Shown here in pieces: positions 24,246 through 38,203 of a stretch of DNA of 64,000 nucleotides. Below the pieces are notes generated by a model, which saw nothing but the letters and a program-made list of their open reading frames with translations, did no database searches and was not told where the DNA came from. The DNA comes from Bilabrum cf. latius (taxonomy: Eukaryota): NCBI GenBank assembly GCA_965178125.1, contig OZ237771.1:62001-126000 (forward strand), written 5' to 3'. The stretch's first letter is position 1. Each line of letters begins with the position of its first letter. Both the position numbers and the translations under genes were made by a program.

Positions 24246-26657
24246 ATGGAAGCAGTTCCTGCTCGCATGTTGCACACAAGGCTGCGGTTTCCAGCCATGT
24301 TGCACCATATACATGAATCAGGAGGGTAGTAGACGGCAGGTACGAGCCGCTTGGAGCCCGAAGATCTGCTTCCTTCCCGCACCGCACCACATCTTGCGTT
24401 CGGAGCGGCAGATGTAACGGGAGCACGGATTCTGCGGCTATTGCAGCACGGGGGACGTATATCCAGCGTAAAAAGCACCCATGATTCCCCTGCAGGAGAC
24501 ACTGCTCGAATTACCGCCCAAGCGTGCGCTCGTTCCGAGCCCAGGCACGTGGGCAACGATTGGCACGAGCACGAGACGGTGTGCAGCCTCTAGCGGTCGA
24601 CATCGCTGGGTGCCAAACCGTCGCCCTAGACTAGCGCTCGCCGAAGGAACCTGGGGCAGTTGCTGCAACTTGCTGCTTTGCGTGATGAGGCAGCATAGCA
24701 CTCGTCACATGTGGCTAGTGAGGATTCGTCCGCTGTGGCAGTGGAAGGCGCGGAGGCTGCAGCCTCTGAGGCGGCGCGGGCACACGCAGCTCTTGCGACC
24801 AAGTGTGACGAGCAATTCGGAGTCGGTACTCCAGGTTCGACCAAGTGCGCGGGGAAGGTGGGTGAAGCGACGCCGCCCACTCCGGAGATGCCAGTGCCCC
24901 CGGACCCCTTTGCACTCGTCAGGATGATCCTAAACGCAATCATGGCCATCATCAAGCCGATCCTGACGGGCATGATCCAGCCCGTTCTTGATCCGATCAT
25001 GGCGATCATCCAGTTCGTCCTCAGCACGGTGGTGGAGGCCCTGCTGCTGGGGGGGGCGCAGTCCATGATGTCTAGTCTGCAGGACCTGGCTGCCATGGCC
25101 ACCCAAATGGCGGCGGAGATGGCGAAAGCTGCACTCAAGAAAGCGATGAAAGCAGCTGAGAAAAAGGGTATGGAGATGGCAAAGCAGGCGCAGGAGAAAG
25201 CGATCGCCAAAGCGCAGGAGCAGGCCGCCAAATCCGCGGCGCAGGCAGGCGGCGCCGCGGCGGGTGGTTCCGCAGTGGGCGGCTCGACAGCCGCCGCCGA
25301 TGCGGCTCTTGCAGCCGCTCAATCCAACGACCCCGCCGAGCGCGCCCAGGCTCAGGCGAAGCTCCGTGAGGCCGAGTCTGCCACCGTCCAGCAGCTCGCG
25401 AGTGTGCCCGACGTGCAGGTACCCCCCGGCCTGGGACTGCTTCAGCGAGAGGCATCGACTGGCTCCAGCGGTCTATTTGGAGGTGTGACGAGTGTGAGCA
25501 AGGATAAGATGGACGCGTTCAGGGCCCGATTTCGAGCGTGGAGGAGGGGCCAGCTGGCGGTGCGCGGGCACAGACAGTCGGTCCGGGGAGGCAACCTGTG
25601 GAAGACGAGGGAGATGCAAGAGGAGACCACGCTCTGGGGAGAGAACAGTGGGGGGGGCCTAGGTGGTGCATCGCATGGCGGTGCAATGGGAGGCCTGTGG
25701 CAGTTTATGCAGGGCTCTTCGGGTGTGACGAGTGGGCACGGGGACCAGGGCACGGGGTCCTCCAGGATAGGATCGCATTCACGCTCCGAATCCAACTCAC
25801 GGTCCCAGGGAACAAGTGCTCATGGTTCCGGTTTTCCCCCCGAGATCCATACGGCCCCCGGCCTTGACGCCGGTCTTGCTGCGGAACTCAAGGCCTCGCT
25901 CCAAGCGCAGGAAGACGCGGACATGGCCTCGCAGGAATTCCCGCCGGGCGACGGGGAGAGCCATCTGAGCGACAAGGCACCCGGCGGCCTGGCCTCTGAG
26001 ATCTCGGACCAGCTTCAAAAGGTGCTCGAGGCGGACGTGCCCATCGCCTTTGCGACTCAGGGCGCGCGGATGGCCGCCGATGCGACCTCCGCAAGCCTTG
26101 CGACCAAGGCCGCCGCACTCGTCACAGCTGTCGCCGCGCCGCCCGCAAGGGCCCGCCTGTTGGCCGCCGTTGTTCCCCGGCTGGTGGAGCGGCTGCAGAT
26201 GTCTCTACCCCCAAGGATCGCGCTGGCAGCGGAGAGGAGGACGGTCAGGAGGATGGCGCCAGTGCTGGCCTCACTCGTCACACGGTCCGTGGTGAGCGCT
26301 GCGGTGCCGGCCATGGCCGCCACGCGATCTGTGGACATGGTAACCCTCTGGCATTGCCAGCGGTGCGCGCTGGACTCGGAATCGGAACAGGGAGCGGACG
26401 AGGGCCCCGACGGTTGGCTGGACGCCGGTGGTCCCAACTCGTTGGCATGCAGGGAGTGCGCCAAGCGGGGAGGAAGTGCGACGAGTGGGGAAGAAGTGGG
26501 AGGTTAGAACGGCGGGGCGCAGCAGGTGCATGCGATGCACTACGCCAGGTACTACGGGGAGTATTACGCTGTGCATGCCAGCGCGCTCGCGGGTCGGCTG
26601 GTAGAGGCAGAGGACGGGGTGGAGGAGGAGTGGGGAGGGGCGTGGGAGGCGGCTTGA
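24246..26657 (+). CDS. Hypothetical Ala-rich protein with C-terminal CxxC...CxxC and HYARYYGEYY motif
   Basis: ORF 24711-26507 extends both ways across TAG codons. The first TGA is at 26655; the start is uncertain. Confidence 0.65.
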
Positions 26658-27633
26658 TGCATTGCTTGTGTTCGGTGTGATTGAAAAGGCGTTTTAGTGT
26701 GCCTGCGCTGCTTTGTTTGGGCTTGTGGCGATTTTGCGGAAGAAGCAACCCTAACCACAGCATGTGACGAGCGAATCCCGACCCACTCTGCGTTTGTTTT
26801 TGCACTGCGGTCTTTCCTAGGATTGGGGGGCCGCTGGTCGTAAAATGCTAGAAATTGTTTCGCATAGTACGTTCGGTTCATTTGTTGTGCGCACTTCATG
26901 CGGTATATTTGTATCCTGCGTGGTTCTCGCTGCGGTAGCTGTTTGCGTTGGCGTGCGGGTGGTTCCGATCGAGGCTACCGTAAACGTTTCAAATTACTGG
27001 TAGCATATTGAGGTATCAGATGGTACATCACTAGGGTATGAGCTATTGTGGCCGGAAAGGCCTGCCTCAAAGCAACAACATGCCGCAACGAGTGAGAGCA
27101 ACCACGTCCTTAGCCCAGGAGCTCTGACAAACCGTCGATAAGCTCGCTTCAACTCACTTTGTAGTCCGAGCTGGCGAAGTTTTGCCAAATACTTGACAAT
27201 TTTCAAGTGCAATATCCAGCCTGCACGCAGGAAGAGTGCCGAACTCCCCGTCGAGCGGTGAGTTTGCGCTTCGAATTGCCATATCGTGGCAGGATAATAC
27301 TAATTAATGATTCGATAGCCGAACCTTTGCTTGTGTATACAACCGTATTATTACATTATGGTACGGTAGCAATTTGGTATGGTCTTTCCAGTGGTGGCGA
27401 GGTCGCATCAGCAGGCTTGCTGCCGATTGGTCGCGTGCCACTTCACGTGGCATGCATTGATCCATTAATCGCTAACTTTGCATCATCGTTGCTCCAATCA
27501 TGTCGTTCTATTATGTATCAATATATGTGAAATGCCTATTGTTTGTGTCGCAAGCTCCAACATTGTCTCTCAGTATCGCTATGGCAAACATTGAGGATTA
27601 GCCCAGAGGAGACGTTGCTGCCATAGACCGCAG

Positions 27634-30600
27634 GGGTATCCCAAATCGCGCGAGCAGTGCATAATGCGCTGGCAGCATTTGCTAGCACTAGTATAGTGCT
27701 TTTCATGCTGGTTTGTATCCGGTTGGCCTGCTGCAACAAGCCACTAGGCCGCGTCCTATGCCAACCATAGTGTGACCCGGCGTATTGTGTGGGAGCTGGG
27801 AGCTAGGAGTCGGCCGATACCCCAAGACTAAGCTAGTATTGCACAGCTATGGCCTAGTTTCCCACTAGAATCGGGACCTACCTCTGTGTTGATCGTGGAA
27901 CTAGCGAATCTAGCCATAATAGGATCTCCCCTACTAGTACAGAACTGCAGGCAATTGTTTCAGCGTGAGTGCGAAAATTTAAACAAATATAAGCATATGT
28001 CCATGCGCCCCTAGCAACGTCGCGCATTGCTGTTTGAATTGCCGAAGCGACAGTCACGCCTTTCCCACCCTGGTCCGCAGAGGCGCGTTGCTTGCCGCAG
28101 CCTCACTTGTCCCTACGCTGCTTGAGTACGTGCTCCAAGCGACCGGAGTAGAACTATTAGTACCTATGCTGGATACGATACATGGCCCGGACTCCCTGGT
28201 GCTCCCTATGGGACTGCTCCCCCTCACTTCCCTGCTGCTGCGTGCGATCTGGGTGGGGGCCGCAACGGTGGTGCTAGCCATGGTCACCAATAGCATAGCG
28301 GAAAGCACGACCGAGCCAGACGGTGGATCCAAGCGTGGTGCAGCAGACTGGCATCCCACCAGAATGTGGTCAGTCGCCCTGCTTGGCCTCGCTACGGCAT
28401 CGGGGGCCGTGGCATACGGGGCTCTCTCGGTTGCCCACAGGTCTTCATTGAAGGACGGGGCGTTGCGAGAGCTAGCTGTCAATCAGCGGCATTTCCTGAC
28501 TGAAGCAACAGGGTATGATCCTTCCAATGGATCCGTAGTCCAGCTGCAGGATATCACTGCGCAGTCGACGGCTGATGGAGGTGCCCAGTCGTGGGTCAGC
28601 TACCCGCTGCGATCCGTTGTGGCAGCCGGCACGATCCACGGGTGGACCAGTGGGTCGGAGCTGCACTGCACAGCGGAAGCTGTGAGAAGAGAGCAAATCG
28701 GCGCGATCGCTGACATGGCGGGACTGCGGGCAGCTGTTCGCTACAACGCCACGGTGCAAGACCTCGTGTCGTAGGTAGGCATGAATGGGACCGTATCGGG
28801 CATCGGCATCGGCAATGGCGCCGAAACCGAGTCAGGTGATAGCAGGGACGGATTGAACGTTGGCAAAAGCGGCCTGCCAGCGGAGCACCGCGCCGGTCTG
28901 CTGCGCCAAGCCACGCTCTAGTTCGTGGCTGCCATCCACCGCGTGTATGAGCTAGCTGCCACCACTCGGAGCCCAGCAGGCCTTGCCGGGGCCCTTGGCG
29001 TTGAGTACGAATCGGCGGTCAACTCAAGCTTGTTCGGTGACGCTGGCACCGATTTCGCGTGGAAGGCAAGAGCGCCTTTCCTGGGAGTGGGGGTGTTTGC
29101 CCTCTTCGCAGCAGTTGCTACGCTGGTAGCCGTCGTGAGCATCCCGGTAGCTGGGGGCCAAGACGGTATCAGCGAGATTGTCCTGTGGTGCGCATAGGCA
29201 TGCAGATAGCACGAACCACTGCGTTCTCTACAAGCAGATGCAGATGGATGCTGCAACAGCAGCAGCCTAGCTCCCCCTGAAAACCAACGCTCCTTCGCAA
29301 AGCCCTACCCGCGAGCTCAGGCCGGGCAGCTTGAAGCTTCATCCTAGCCCCCTCCATCCCCATAGCAACAAAGCTGGCCGGGCATGCCAGGGAGCCAGGG
29401 GAGCGAGTTGCCCCTTCCGGTATCGTATTTACCCGTGCAAGACTGCTCTCATCACACCGAGCATCGTGCGAGGGAGGTGGTCCGTAGGCTAAAGATGAGA
29501 GAGGTAGAGGAGGAAATTGCCGATCACGTCTCGAGTGCAGCCAGCACGGCCGCTGTCTCCATCAAGATCATGGTGCTCACAGCGGTTATAGTGCCGGTGT
29601 TGTGGCTCTGGCCTTACCGTGCGCTCGAGGAGAAATGTCCACGAATTGTTCCCTTTAGTATGGGCCAGCCGGCGATGCTCTCCGTGGGGGCAGACGTGCT
29701 TGAGTAGGCCACGATCCAGTTCGAATTGGGGCGGGCTGACCTACTGCCAACGGGGGTGCCATTTAGTAGCGGCCGACTCGGGATGTCTTCGTCTGCTGGG
29801 GATCTGCTGTGTGCTTCAACGTCCTAGGCCTTTCGTGATACGAACCAGCCGAATCAGCGCCAAGAGCAGGCAGCAAATGAAACGGAGGCTATTGGCATGG
29901 GAGACTCCCTGGCCCTGGCTAATTGCACACTCTTCGACTCGTTCTTTCGAAACAAAGACCACGACGATCCTATCCTTTTCCATGCCGTTCACGTCACGAG
30001 ATCGTACCAGAGAGCCCTTGCACCCGGAGGTGACCCAAGGACAGCTGTGCGGGCAGTGGCCAGGGCATAGCACGCAGCATTCGGCCTGAAAGAGGAGGAC
30101 AACCGAGCGATGGCTAGATCAATAACCGCGATGTGCGTTGTCATTTTGCTTGACATGGGTATCAAGCTGGCTGTGGCGCTGCTGCTGTATCGTCATGTGT
30201 CACTACAGGCCACCATGATGCTGGTCTCGCACTCGGCCAAGCTTAGGCGGCAGGTGCTGGTGTCCCGCATCCGGTACACGAGCCACGAGGTGCGGCAGCC
30301 CCTGAATTCGATCGTGCTTGGTCTGGCCGAGATCCAGGACCAGCGGCGCATGGTGGAAGACGCAGAGAACAGGCTGAAGGTGGTGCTTAGAACACTCAAG
30401 GCAATGGCCTAGGACGTGGGTGTGCCAGGAGGCATGCTTCTCGCCCTCAATGACGGATCCAAGACAACCTCTATGATGACCTCAGCTGAACCGAAGGCCT
30501 CTGTGTCGGCAATCAGCTCCAGCGCCTCAAGGGGAAGCAAGCTGTCAGCGACGCCAGCGATGCCAGCTATTACTCCACGGAAGGACATGCTGGCCAAGGC

Positions 30601-33600
30601 TCAAATGGCCATGATGCGCCCGTCGAAGGGAGCTTAGAATGAGCCAAACCATTCCGATCGTATTGAGACAGGTTCATCATCACACGAGAGCCCCAGCAGC
30701 AACAATAAGGGGTCTGGGGGCAGCGATTCTTCCCACAGTCGCGCCGGCTCGCGCGCAGGAAGCGAAGGTGGCCAAGGCCGGGGATCGTCCTCCAACGGAA
30801 GCAGCGGGAAGAACGTCAAAGCCAGAGGCAGCGCGAACATGCCAGCCGAACGCTTGGACGCACAAAGTAGCACACAGCACTTAAAACCTGAAGGCGCGCC
30901 TGATTGCAGCACTGCCGACAGAAGCAGGCGAGTTTCGTCCACCAGCACCAGCCGAGGTAGGGTCAGAAGCGTCGGCAGTCGTGGCCGCGCACCCAGTAGA
31001 ACGCAGCGTCAGTCCGTCGGAGCACAGCCTTCCAGTCCACACGGAAACAGCTTCACCGCTGATGCGGGGGTCCAGCTGGGCCGTAGTACTCGGGAAGAAT
31101 CCGTTGAGTTCGGGCAGCTGGGCAAGTCCGGTGCGGGCGAAGGCACAGGCACTGGCACTGGCACTGGCACTGGCACTGGCACTGGCACTGGCACTGGCAC
31201 TGGCACTGGCACTGGCACCGTGTCAGGTCGCAACCAGAAATCGGCAGTCTCCGTCCACGACAGGGCCAGTCCGGATGCCGGAGGCGCTAACGTCAGGACA
31301 GAAGGGGGGAACAGGAGCCCGCTGCTGGATCTGCTTGGTACGATGCCGCAAATTGCTCCAAGCGGTGACAGCAACGATCCGAACCGAACCGTTGGTATTC
31401 ATGCTGAGCTCGTCGATGACCGCGAAGAAGCACCTCGCTCTATTCAAGACGGGCTTCCGACCATTGAGCCCGCGAAGGTAGCCCCCAGCTCTCTAGGCGA
31501 GGAGCATCCGCAACAGCAGTTGAACCCGGATGCAGACACCCAGTTTTTCGTGGGACGGTAGGGAGTGAACATGCTCCGAAGGTGCATCGCCGACCTGCGA
31601 GGCATCCGATCGGAGCTAGACAAGGTGCTGCCCTCCATGGGGGCCGCGGCGGAGTCAACGATCTCCGTGTTGGACGACGTATCGGCCCTGCAGAAGATCG
31701 AGGCGGGCAAGCTGACCGTGGTGCCGCGCCCTTGCGACCTGGTTCACGTGCTGCTGCGGACCACCGCCACTGCATTCAGGGCGTGGGCCAGCGGTCGCGG
31801 CGTGGATCTCACTGCAATGAACGCGTGGTCCCCGTACAATGCCCGTCTTTATGCGAGCTTCCAACATGTAAGCACGGTGCACATTGCAGGGGCAGGGTCA
31901 CGCTCGAACGGGACCAAGCCTGTGGTGCCGTCCCTTCGATTCGCCGTCAGTCCTGAGCCCAGCTCCAGTAGCAGCAGCCGCAGCAGCGGGAACCGCCATG
32001 CACGGGCGGCCGAGCTCACAACATCTGCAGAGGCCGACGGTGATGCGAGGACCAGCGGGTATTTCCCATCGGCTGTTCCCTCGAGCTAGCACCCGCTCGT
32101 CCCCACATCAGCTGCTGCCTAGCTTGAGAGCCGCTAGCATGACTACGATCAGGACCAGGACCAGGATCAGGATCAGGATCAGGATCAGGATCCAACCACG
32201 GCGAGCCTTGCACTGGGCGGATCAGCTGCGCTGTCGCCGCACCGAATGGCCGGTATAGAGGAGAGTGAGTCGGCTCCGATCGTATCCGAGGCATCGACCC
32301 CTAACCCCGGAATGGGTGGAGAGGTGGGGTCAACTGAGCTGGAGATCGGGTCAGATCAGATCATGCAGGACTCGCTTCGGCCAAGCACTGATGATCTTCC
32401 CAGCCTGGTGCGGCTGCAATACGCTGGTAAGGAGTCGCGTCAGCATGACAGATCGAGTGACAGTGAGCTGCGATTCAGTTCAACTGACAGCAGCGGAATG
32501 CCATTACCGGCCCGCCCTGCGCCCACGCTGCCCGTGCCTGGCGTGGGCAAGTCCTCCTCCTCCACCTCATCCTCCTCGTCCCCCGAAGAGGTAGTTGTGT
32601 ACAAGGTCGCTGCAAAGCCAAGTCACGGGTAGACGAAACCGCAACGCGCGAAGCCTGCAGCTCCAGTTGCTCAGAGCACGGCTCGTCCCACCGCGAACGG
32701 AAACCAGGAGCCATCATCATCCGCTCCAGCATCTCCAGCAAACCTCTCGGGCTCCGGCTCCGAGTCTATGGGATACCGCCTGCTTGCCGACTCCCCCCGT
32801 CTGCAGCAGGTCTTCAGTAACCTTGCCTCCAACGGGGTCAAGCACGCCGCCCGGGTGCAGGCCGCCATCCAGGACGCGCTGGAGGCCGGGGAACTCGATG
32901 GGACGGAGGGCATTCTGAAGCGACGGAACACGGATGAGGCTAGAGATTTGTTTGATTCAGAGGGAGAGGATCCGGGCAAGATTGGGGTGAAGGACCTGAA
33001 CATGCAGGCCGTGCTGTCCGGCACGCTGCTGGAGCCTTCCGTGATGGTGGGCTGCTCGCCTCTGCCCCCCTTCCTGTGGTCGGCTGAGGAACAAAGGAGG
33101 AGGCTGGGGAGGAAGAGGAGTCGGCAGCTGCGGCGGATGGTGGGCGAGCTGAGTCCCGAGGTGTCCAAAGAGGTCAGATCTGGCCGGTTTGACCTGTACC
33201 CCGGAGTGTCGGAGATGGAGTCGACTGTTGGAGCATCGAGCAGCGCGCATGGCACGGGGAGGGCTCACGCACACGCAGACCCCAGCATGCACGATCGTAC
33301 CGGACAGTCCTCGCATATGCCCGATCGCCCAGCTCGCCGTGGTGGTATGCTAGCCGGCAGCGACGTGTCTGGTGGAATTCGGTCCCTGGACAGGAACGGC
33401 ACAGGGCAATTTGAGCGTCGCCGTGAACCCACGTCTAGCATGGGTGGCGCTGACATGCGATCCGTCCGTATCATATCCATGGATGAAACAAGCACCGTTG
33501 GTTCCCTCGCAGGAGCATCCCGGGGAGATGCGGGAGGTGGGGCCGTACATGCGGATCGGCGTGAAGGCGGTGACGGCCCCCCAGGCTCCGGAGTGCAGGC

Positions 33601-35812
33601 AGTCTCTCTCAGGTCGTTCCCAAGCGGTTCCAGCCAGCTGCCCACCGCAGGCCCCCAGTATCGAGGCGGCGTACAAGCTTTGAAAGCTTTTCCGCGGAAC
33701 GGGAGGCTTGCACGACAGATAAAGAACAGCAGGCTGGGTGCCACACCCGGGTTCGAACCGGAGACCTAGAACCCTGCAGGCAGCTTCGTTGGGCACGTGC
33801 TCGAGCGCATGCTCGGTATCGAGCCAGTGGTCGAATCGGACAACGAGGAAGACGATGATGGCGGGAGAACAGATATCGGCTCCGAATCCAGGCAATCCAG
33901 CGGCCAGCAAGCCTCCTCCGTGCGTCGTGCCGGAGGCACGTCAGTTGCTCGCCTCACTTCCCCCAGCGATTCGCGACAGACTGTGACGTCCAGCAACCAA
34001 TCTCGGGAACCGTTCGACGGCAGGGCAACGTTGCGTAACACGACGATGCCGCGTTGGGGTCGCGCACAAGCCCGTGGCTCCAGCACGACCGGGACGTCAC
34101 ATGGCGGCGGGTCATCAAGCGGTGGTCCGTCTGGAAATGACGTCCACAGATCAAGCCAAAAGTCCTACGTCTCTGTGCAGGTAGCAGCTGCGGCTGCAGT
34201 TGCCGCGGCAAGTGGCAGGAGCTCCAGTATGACGAGTATTGCCCCGCAGGAGGATTCAGCGATCATGGATGACGCTGGGGAGCTTGACGTGCAGCCCAGC
34301 GGCGGACGGCGATGGGGCGCTGCAGCTATCCCTGAAGGGGGTGAGGGGGAGGAGGACGAGGCGGAGCATGCACCGATGGTGGAATCCGGCTCCGGGTCCG
34401 GGTCCGGGTCCGCCTCGGGCTCGGGCTCGGGAAGTAGACGCAGCATTCGGGTGGATGACAGCGGGGCACTGGGGCGGCATCAGCTGCATCGCATTGCAGT
34501 ATCAATCCCAGTGCTCTCACTGGATGGTGCTGTCAGGCAAGCGATTGCAACCAGCGCGCTGGCGGAGCGACCTCCTGGGGGCCATGGTGGCCCTGTGCCC
34601 GCCACCTCTGACAGGCATGGCCAATTTGATGCCGCGGCTGTGTTCGCCCGTAGTGGCATGGATGATTACACTGCCAGTGGTAAGGGGAGACAGTAGGAGC
34701 CGCCTGGCTCCAATTCGCTGGGATATACCCAGCCAGGTAACAAGCATAGCACCCACCCGACGCCGTCGTAGTCAAGCGGTAAGACATCAACCGCTGCGCC
34801 GAGGCAGCAAACAGGCACCTCCGCTGCTGTCCTGCGGGATCTGGGGCCATCTGTGGATGCATCCCGTCTGTTGCTTGAGGCTTGCTGCTCTGCCTCCACA
34901 CGAGGGAACGTGGGCTGGGTGCTGGGTCTAGAGGATGAGTCAGGGGCTGGAGCAGGTGTGACGAGTGATGGGATTGCCCTCGAGGACTCTGGCCCCACCG
35001 GCATGCGGACCGTGTGTTTCTGGTCCTGGGATGGCGGGCCCGGCATCTCGCCCGGGGATCGATCCAAGGTGTTCGTTGAGTTCTCGCAGCTGAACAGCGG
35101 GGTGTTGCAGGACGGACAGGGCACTGGGCTCGGGCTGGCCATCTCGCAGGCGATCGTGGAGATGCACCGCGGGGTGATCGGGTGGGTGTCGTCACCTGGT
35201 GCGGGATGCATCTTCTTCTTCATGGTGCGAGTACCGTATCAACCGCATGGTTCTCGGCCTCGGTCCATCATCCAGCGCTAGTTGCAGCCCACGTCCGGCG
35301 GTCGGCTGACGGAGGCTGCGCTTCGAGCCATTGCGAAGGGCGGGCTGATGCTGCACCCGGCGGCTGGTAGCAGGAGCAGGAGCAGGCAAGGCCAGTCCAG
35401 CAACAGTGGAGGGTCCGACCATAGGTCTAGTTCCGGCTCCGGATCATCGCAAGCGGTCGCTGGTGGTGCCACAGCTGCAGGCATCAAGTACAAGTCCCTG
35501 CTAAGAGTGAATGCGGCCGGGGCCAGGGCGACCAGGGAGGAAGTTTGCATGCAACGAAGAAGTGATGTGACCGGCATGGCTGGTAGCGGCCCTCCGTCTG
35601 GAGGACCGTCCTCCTCTTCGTCATCTGGGGGAGCCCACAAGCGTGGGTTGCATCGTGGGTTGACCCGTTCGGCAGCAGAAGGGGGCAGTGGTGCTTTCGG
35701 TGGTACCGGCAGGGGGGCCATGCGGGGTGGGCTGGATGCGAGCAAGAATACCGGCAAGAGAGAGAAAGACAGGAGCAGGAAGAGAACGAAGAAGGGCAAG
35801 GCATGGTATTAA
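27634..35812 (+). CDS. Multi-TM sensor histidine kinase (HK1), 3' end interrupted by a retrotransposon
   Basis: Twelve listed ORFs from 28034 to 35812 share one frame, with TAG at the breaks. H-box RYTSHEVRQPLNSI, LDDVSALQKIEAGKL, N-box RLQQVFSNLASNGVKH, G1 DGGPGI, F-box VFVEFSQL, G2 GTGLGLAISQAIVEMHRGVIG. Intron 27965-28080 is at the same position and phase as in HK2. More exons probably lie upstream. The TAA stop lies inside the transposon repeat. Confidence 0.88.
31142..31218 (+). repeat. (GGCACT)n coding microsatellite, poly(Gly-Thr) in the HK1 linker
   Basis: About 12-13 tandem GGCAC[T/A] units in frame as GTGTGT... Confidence 0.9.
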
Positions 35813-36064
35813 GGAGACAGAGTCTGATTCGTTGTTGACGTCAAATGAGATGATAAGCGTCTGTGCGATGAGGATGGCTCTGCGAAGAAGGAGAACGCCG
35901 CAACACCTTGTCCGTAGGTGGGAAGAGGAATTGTAGCGTTAGACATCGTAATCTGATTAACGGAAGAGGCAGGCCACGAAGAGTGGAGGTTGGCATTTCT
36001 CCAGTCAATCGCCTCCATTCGGGGTGGAAGAGCTCAGGACTGACAGATCGTCTTGAATTCTTTT
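35804..36064 (+). repeat. Split direct repeat A1 (261 bp)
   Basis: TGGTATTAAGGAGACAG...GAATTCTTTT; appears identical to 39280-39540. Confidence 0.95.
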
Positions 36065-38203
36065 GTCGTGCCAGTGGAACCGTGGGTTCCTAGCAGTTGG
36101 GATGACTCAGCTGCGCCATCGCAAACGTGGGCAGCCTGGATGCGATCCCTGCAGGATGCGGAGGGGCGCAGTCGTGCCAGAGAGGCACCGCCAGCGCTTG
36201 GTAGACAGCACCAGCGACTGGTGGCCCACCTGACAGCGGACCCCATGGTGCTCACGGGTGACCCCGAAGCAGCACGCGCCACCAGAGCGAAGCAGGTGCA
36301 GTGGGCTACGTACCTGCGTGCAGCGTGCCCGCCTCGTACCTTCCGAGCCAAGGACTGGAAGGCCATGTCACCGGCTGAGCGGACGCTGTGTGGATTTGCC
36401 CACGGTTTCCCGATGGGCCGCACAGCAGCTGTCCAGCAGCAGGTCAAGCTGCCGACAAACTCCATCCCGACTGAGGCTGAGGCTGCAGTGCACTGCGAGC
36501 TGGGAGCCAGCCTGCGTGAGTCGCGTAGGTTGGCCATCGCAGCGTCATCTGCACCGAGCACCCCGGTAAGCGCGGTGGTTGCGATCCCTAAGAAGAAGGT
36601 TGGCGACTATCGGCTCTTGGTGGATGCATCGGACAAGCGGGCGGGCACCCTGTTGGGGGCCAACGTGGCAGTCGAATACGAGCGCTGGACGAGTGCCCCG
36701 ATGGCATCGATCGGCGAGCTGATGCGCAAGGCCGTGCGCATCTCGCAGCACACCTCCGAGCCCCTGGCGGGCCTGACAATTGACCTCAGCAAGGCCTTCT
36801 GGCAGTTCCCGCTGGCTGTTGGTGACATTCCGTATCAGCAATTGCGCATCGGCGACATGGTGCTGCTCGGCACGCGCCTCGGCATGGGCAACAAGAGCAG
36901 CCCTGGTCACGTCACCACGGCGACGACATGCTTCGGTGACGCCTTTGAGGAGCGCTGGAATTTCGATCCTGTGCGGCCCACGACTGCAACGTCGACCTTC
37001 GTGGATGATTTTGGTTTAGTGGCACCGTTGACGCGGATTGACCACTTGGCCATGCAGTTCGTGCATGATGCTGCGCGAGTGGGCCTCCAAGTCAGCGAGT
37101 CGAAAGCACTGGAAGTGGGCCCCCCGGGCCCTCGGTTCGATTTCCTAGGGTACACGGTAGCGCTGGATGAGTTCAAGGTGTACGTGCAGCCGTCCAAGGT
37201 CACGAAGGCGGTCGGGCTCATTGACGGCATCTTGGGGGCCACCCAGGCTGGGATCCGTCGGTCAACGGGAGAATCGCTGGTGGGCCTGCTGTGCTACGTG
37301 GCAGAAGCCATCCTGCCTGCCAAACCGCGCTGCAGACCTCTGTTCTCGTGGCTGCATGCCAACGAGCACGCCTCGGTACTCTCCGTTCCAGCCGAGGTTC
37401 AGAGGACCCTGCGATGGTGGCGACATGCCCTGCTGCACCAGGATGGCCGCTCGTTCCCGCGACAGCACGATCCCGAACGCGATCCAGTGATGTTCACGGA
37501 CGCATCGCTGCATGGATGGGGTGGCTACTTGGTCTGGCCCTCAGGTGCCACGTAGGCCATCTACGGCACGTGGCCGGATTCTACCTGCCTACTGTCCAAC
37601 GACATCTCGGCTCTCGAACTCGGATGCATTGAGATCCTGTGTGATCATTGGAAGAACGAACTGCGGGGACATGTGTTGCTTGTGCGGTGTGACAACTCCG
37701 CCTCTGTGCATTGTTTGCGTCGTGGGTTTTGTCGTAGTGTCCGCATGGCTCGCATCCTCGCTGACCTGTTCACCACCCTCTGCTCCCACGACGTGTAGGT
37801 TTGGAGCCGGCACATACCAGGGTTAGAGAACACCTGGGCCGACCGCTTGTCCAGGGAAGGTCACCCGACAAACTTGCCGCCGCACTGGGAATCGGTGAGG
37901 GAGCTCCCGACGCCTACGAGGACTTGGTTGAACTTGCGGCCATCAAGGCCGCCTCGAGCATCGAGGCGAATGGCACCACGGCACTTCGGCACTGGGCAGC
38001 GTACGGCCGCAGATACGGCCTCGACCTGGCGCCACCGGCCTTTGGCTCCATCGGTCCGGCACGCAACGAGGCCTTCGAAGTGGAACTCGGCAGATTCATC
38101 ACGTACGTGGCGGCGGCCGAGCCGGGCATCAGCGGCGCCTCCGCAAGCCAGTACGCAGCGCAAGTGGCGTCCTTGTACAAACGACTAGGAGGAGTCGCAG
38201 TAA
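36053..38203 (+). CDS. Reverse transcriptase / RNase H (pol) of the Ngaro-type element
   Basis: RT motifs IPKKKVGDYRLLVD, IDLSKAFWQF, LGMGNKSSP, FVDDF, FLGY. RNase H motifs FTDASLHGWGG, ISALELG, RCDNSASV, HIPGLENTWADRLSR are continuous only if TAG at 37553 and 37796 is sense. First ATG 36140; TAA 38201-38203. Confidence 0.9.
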
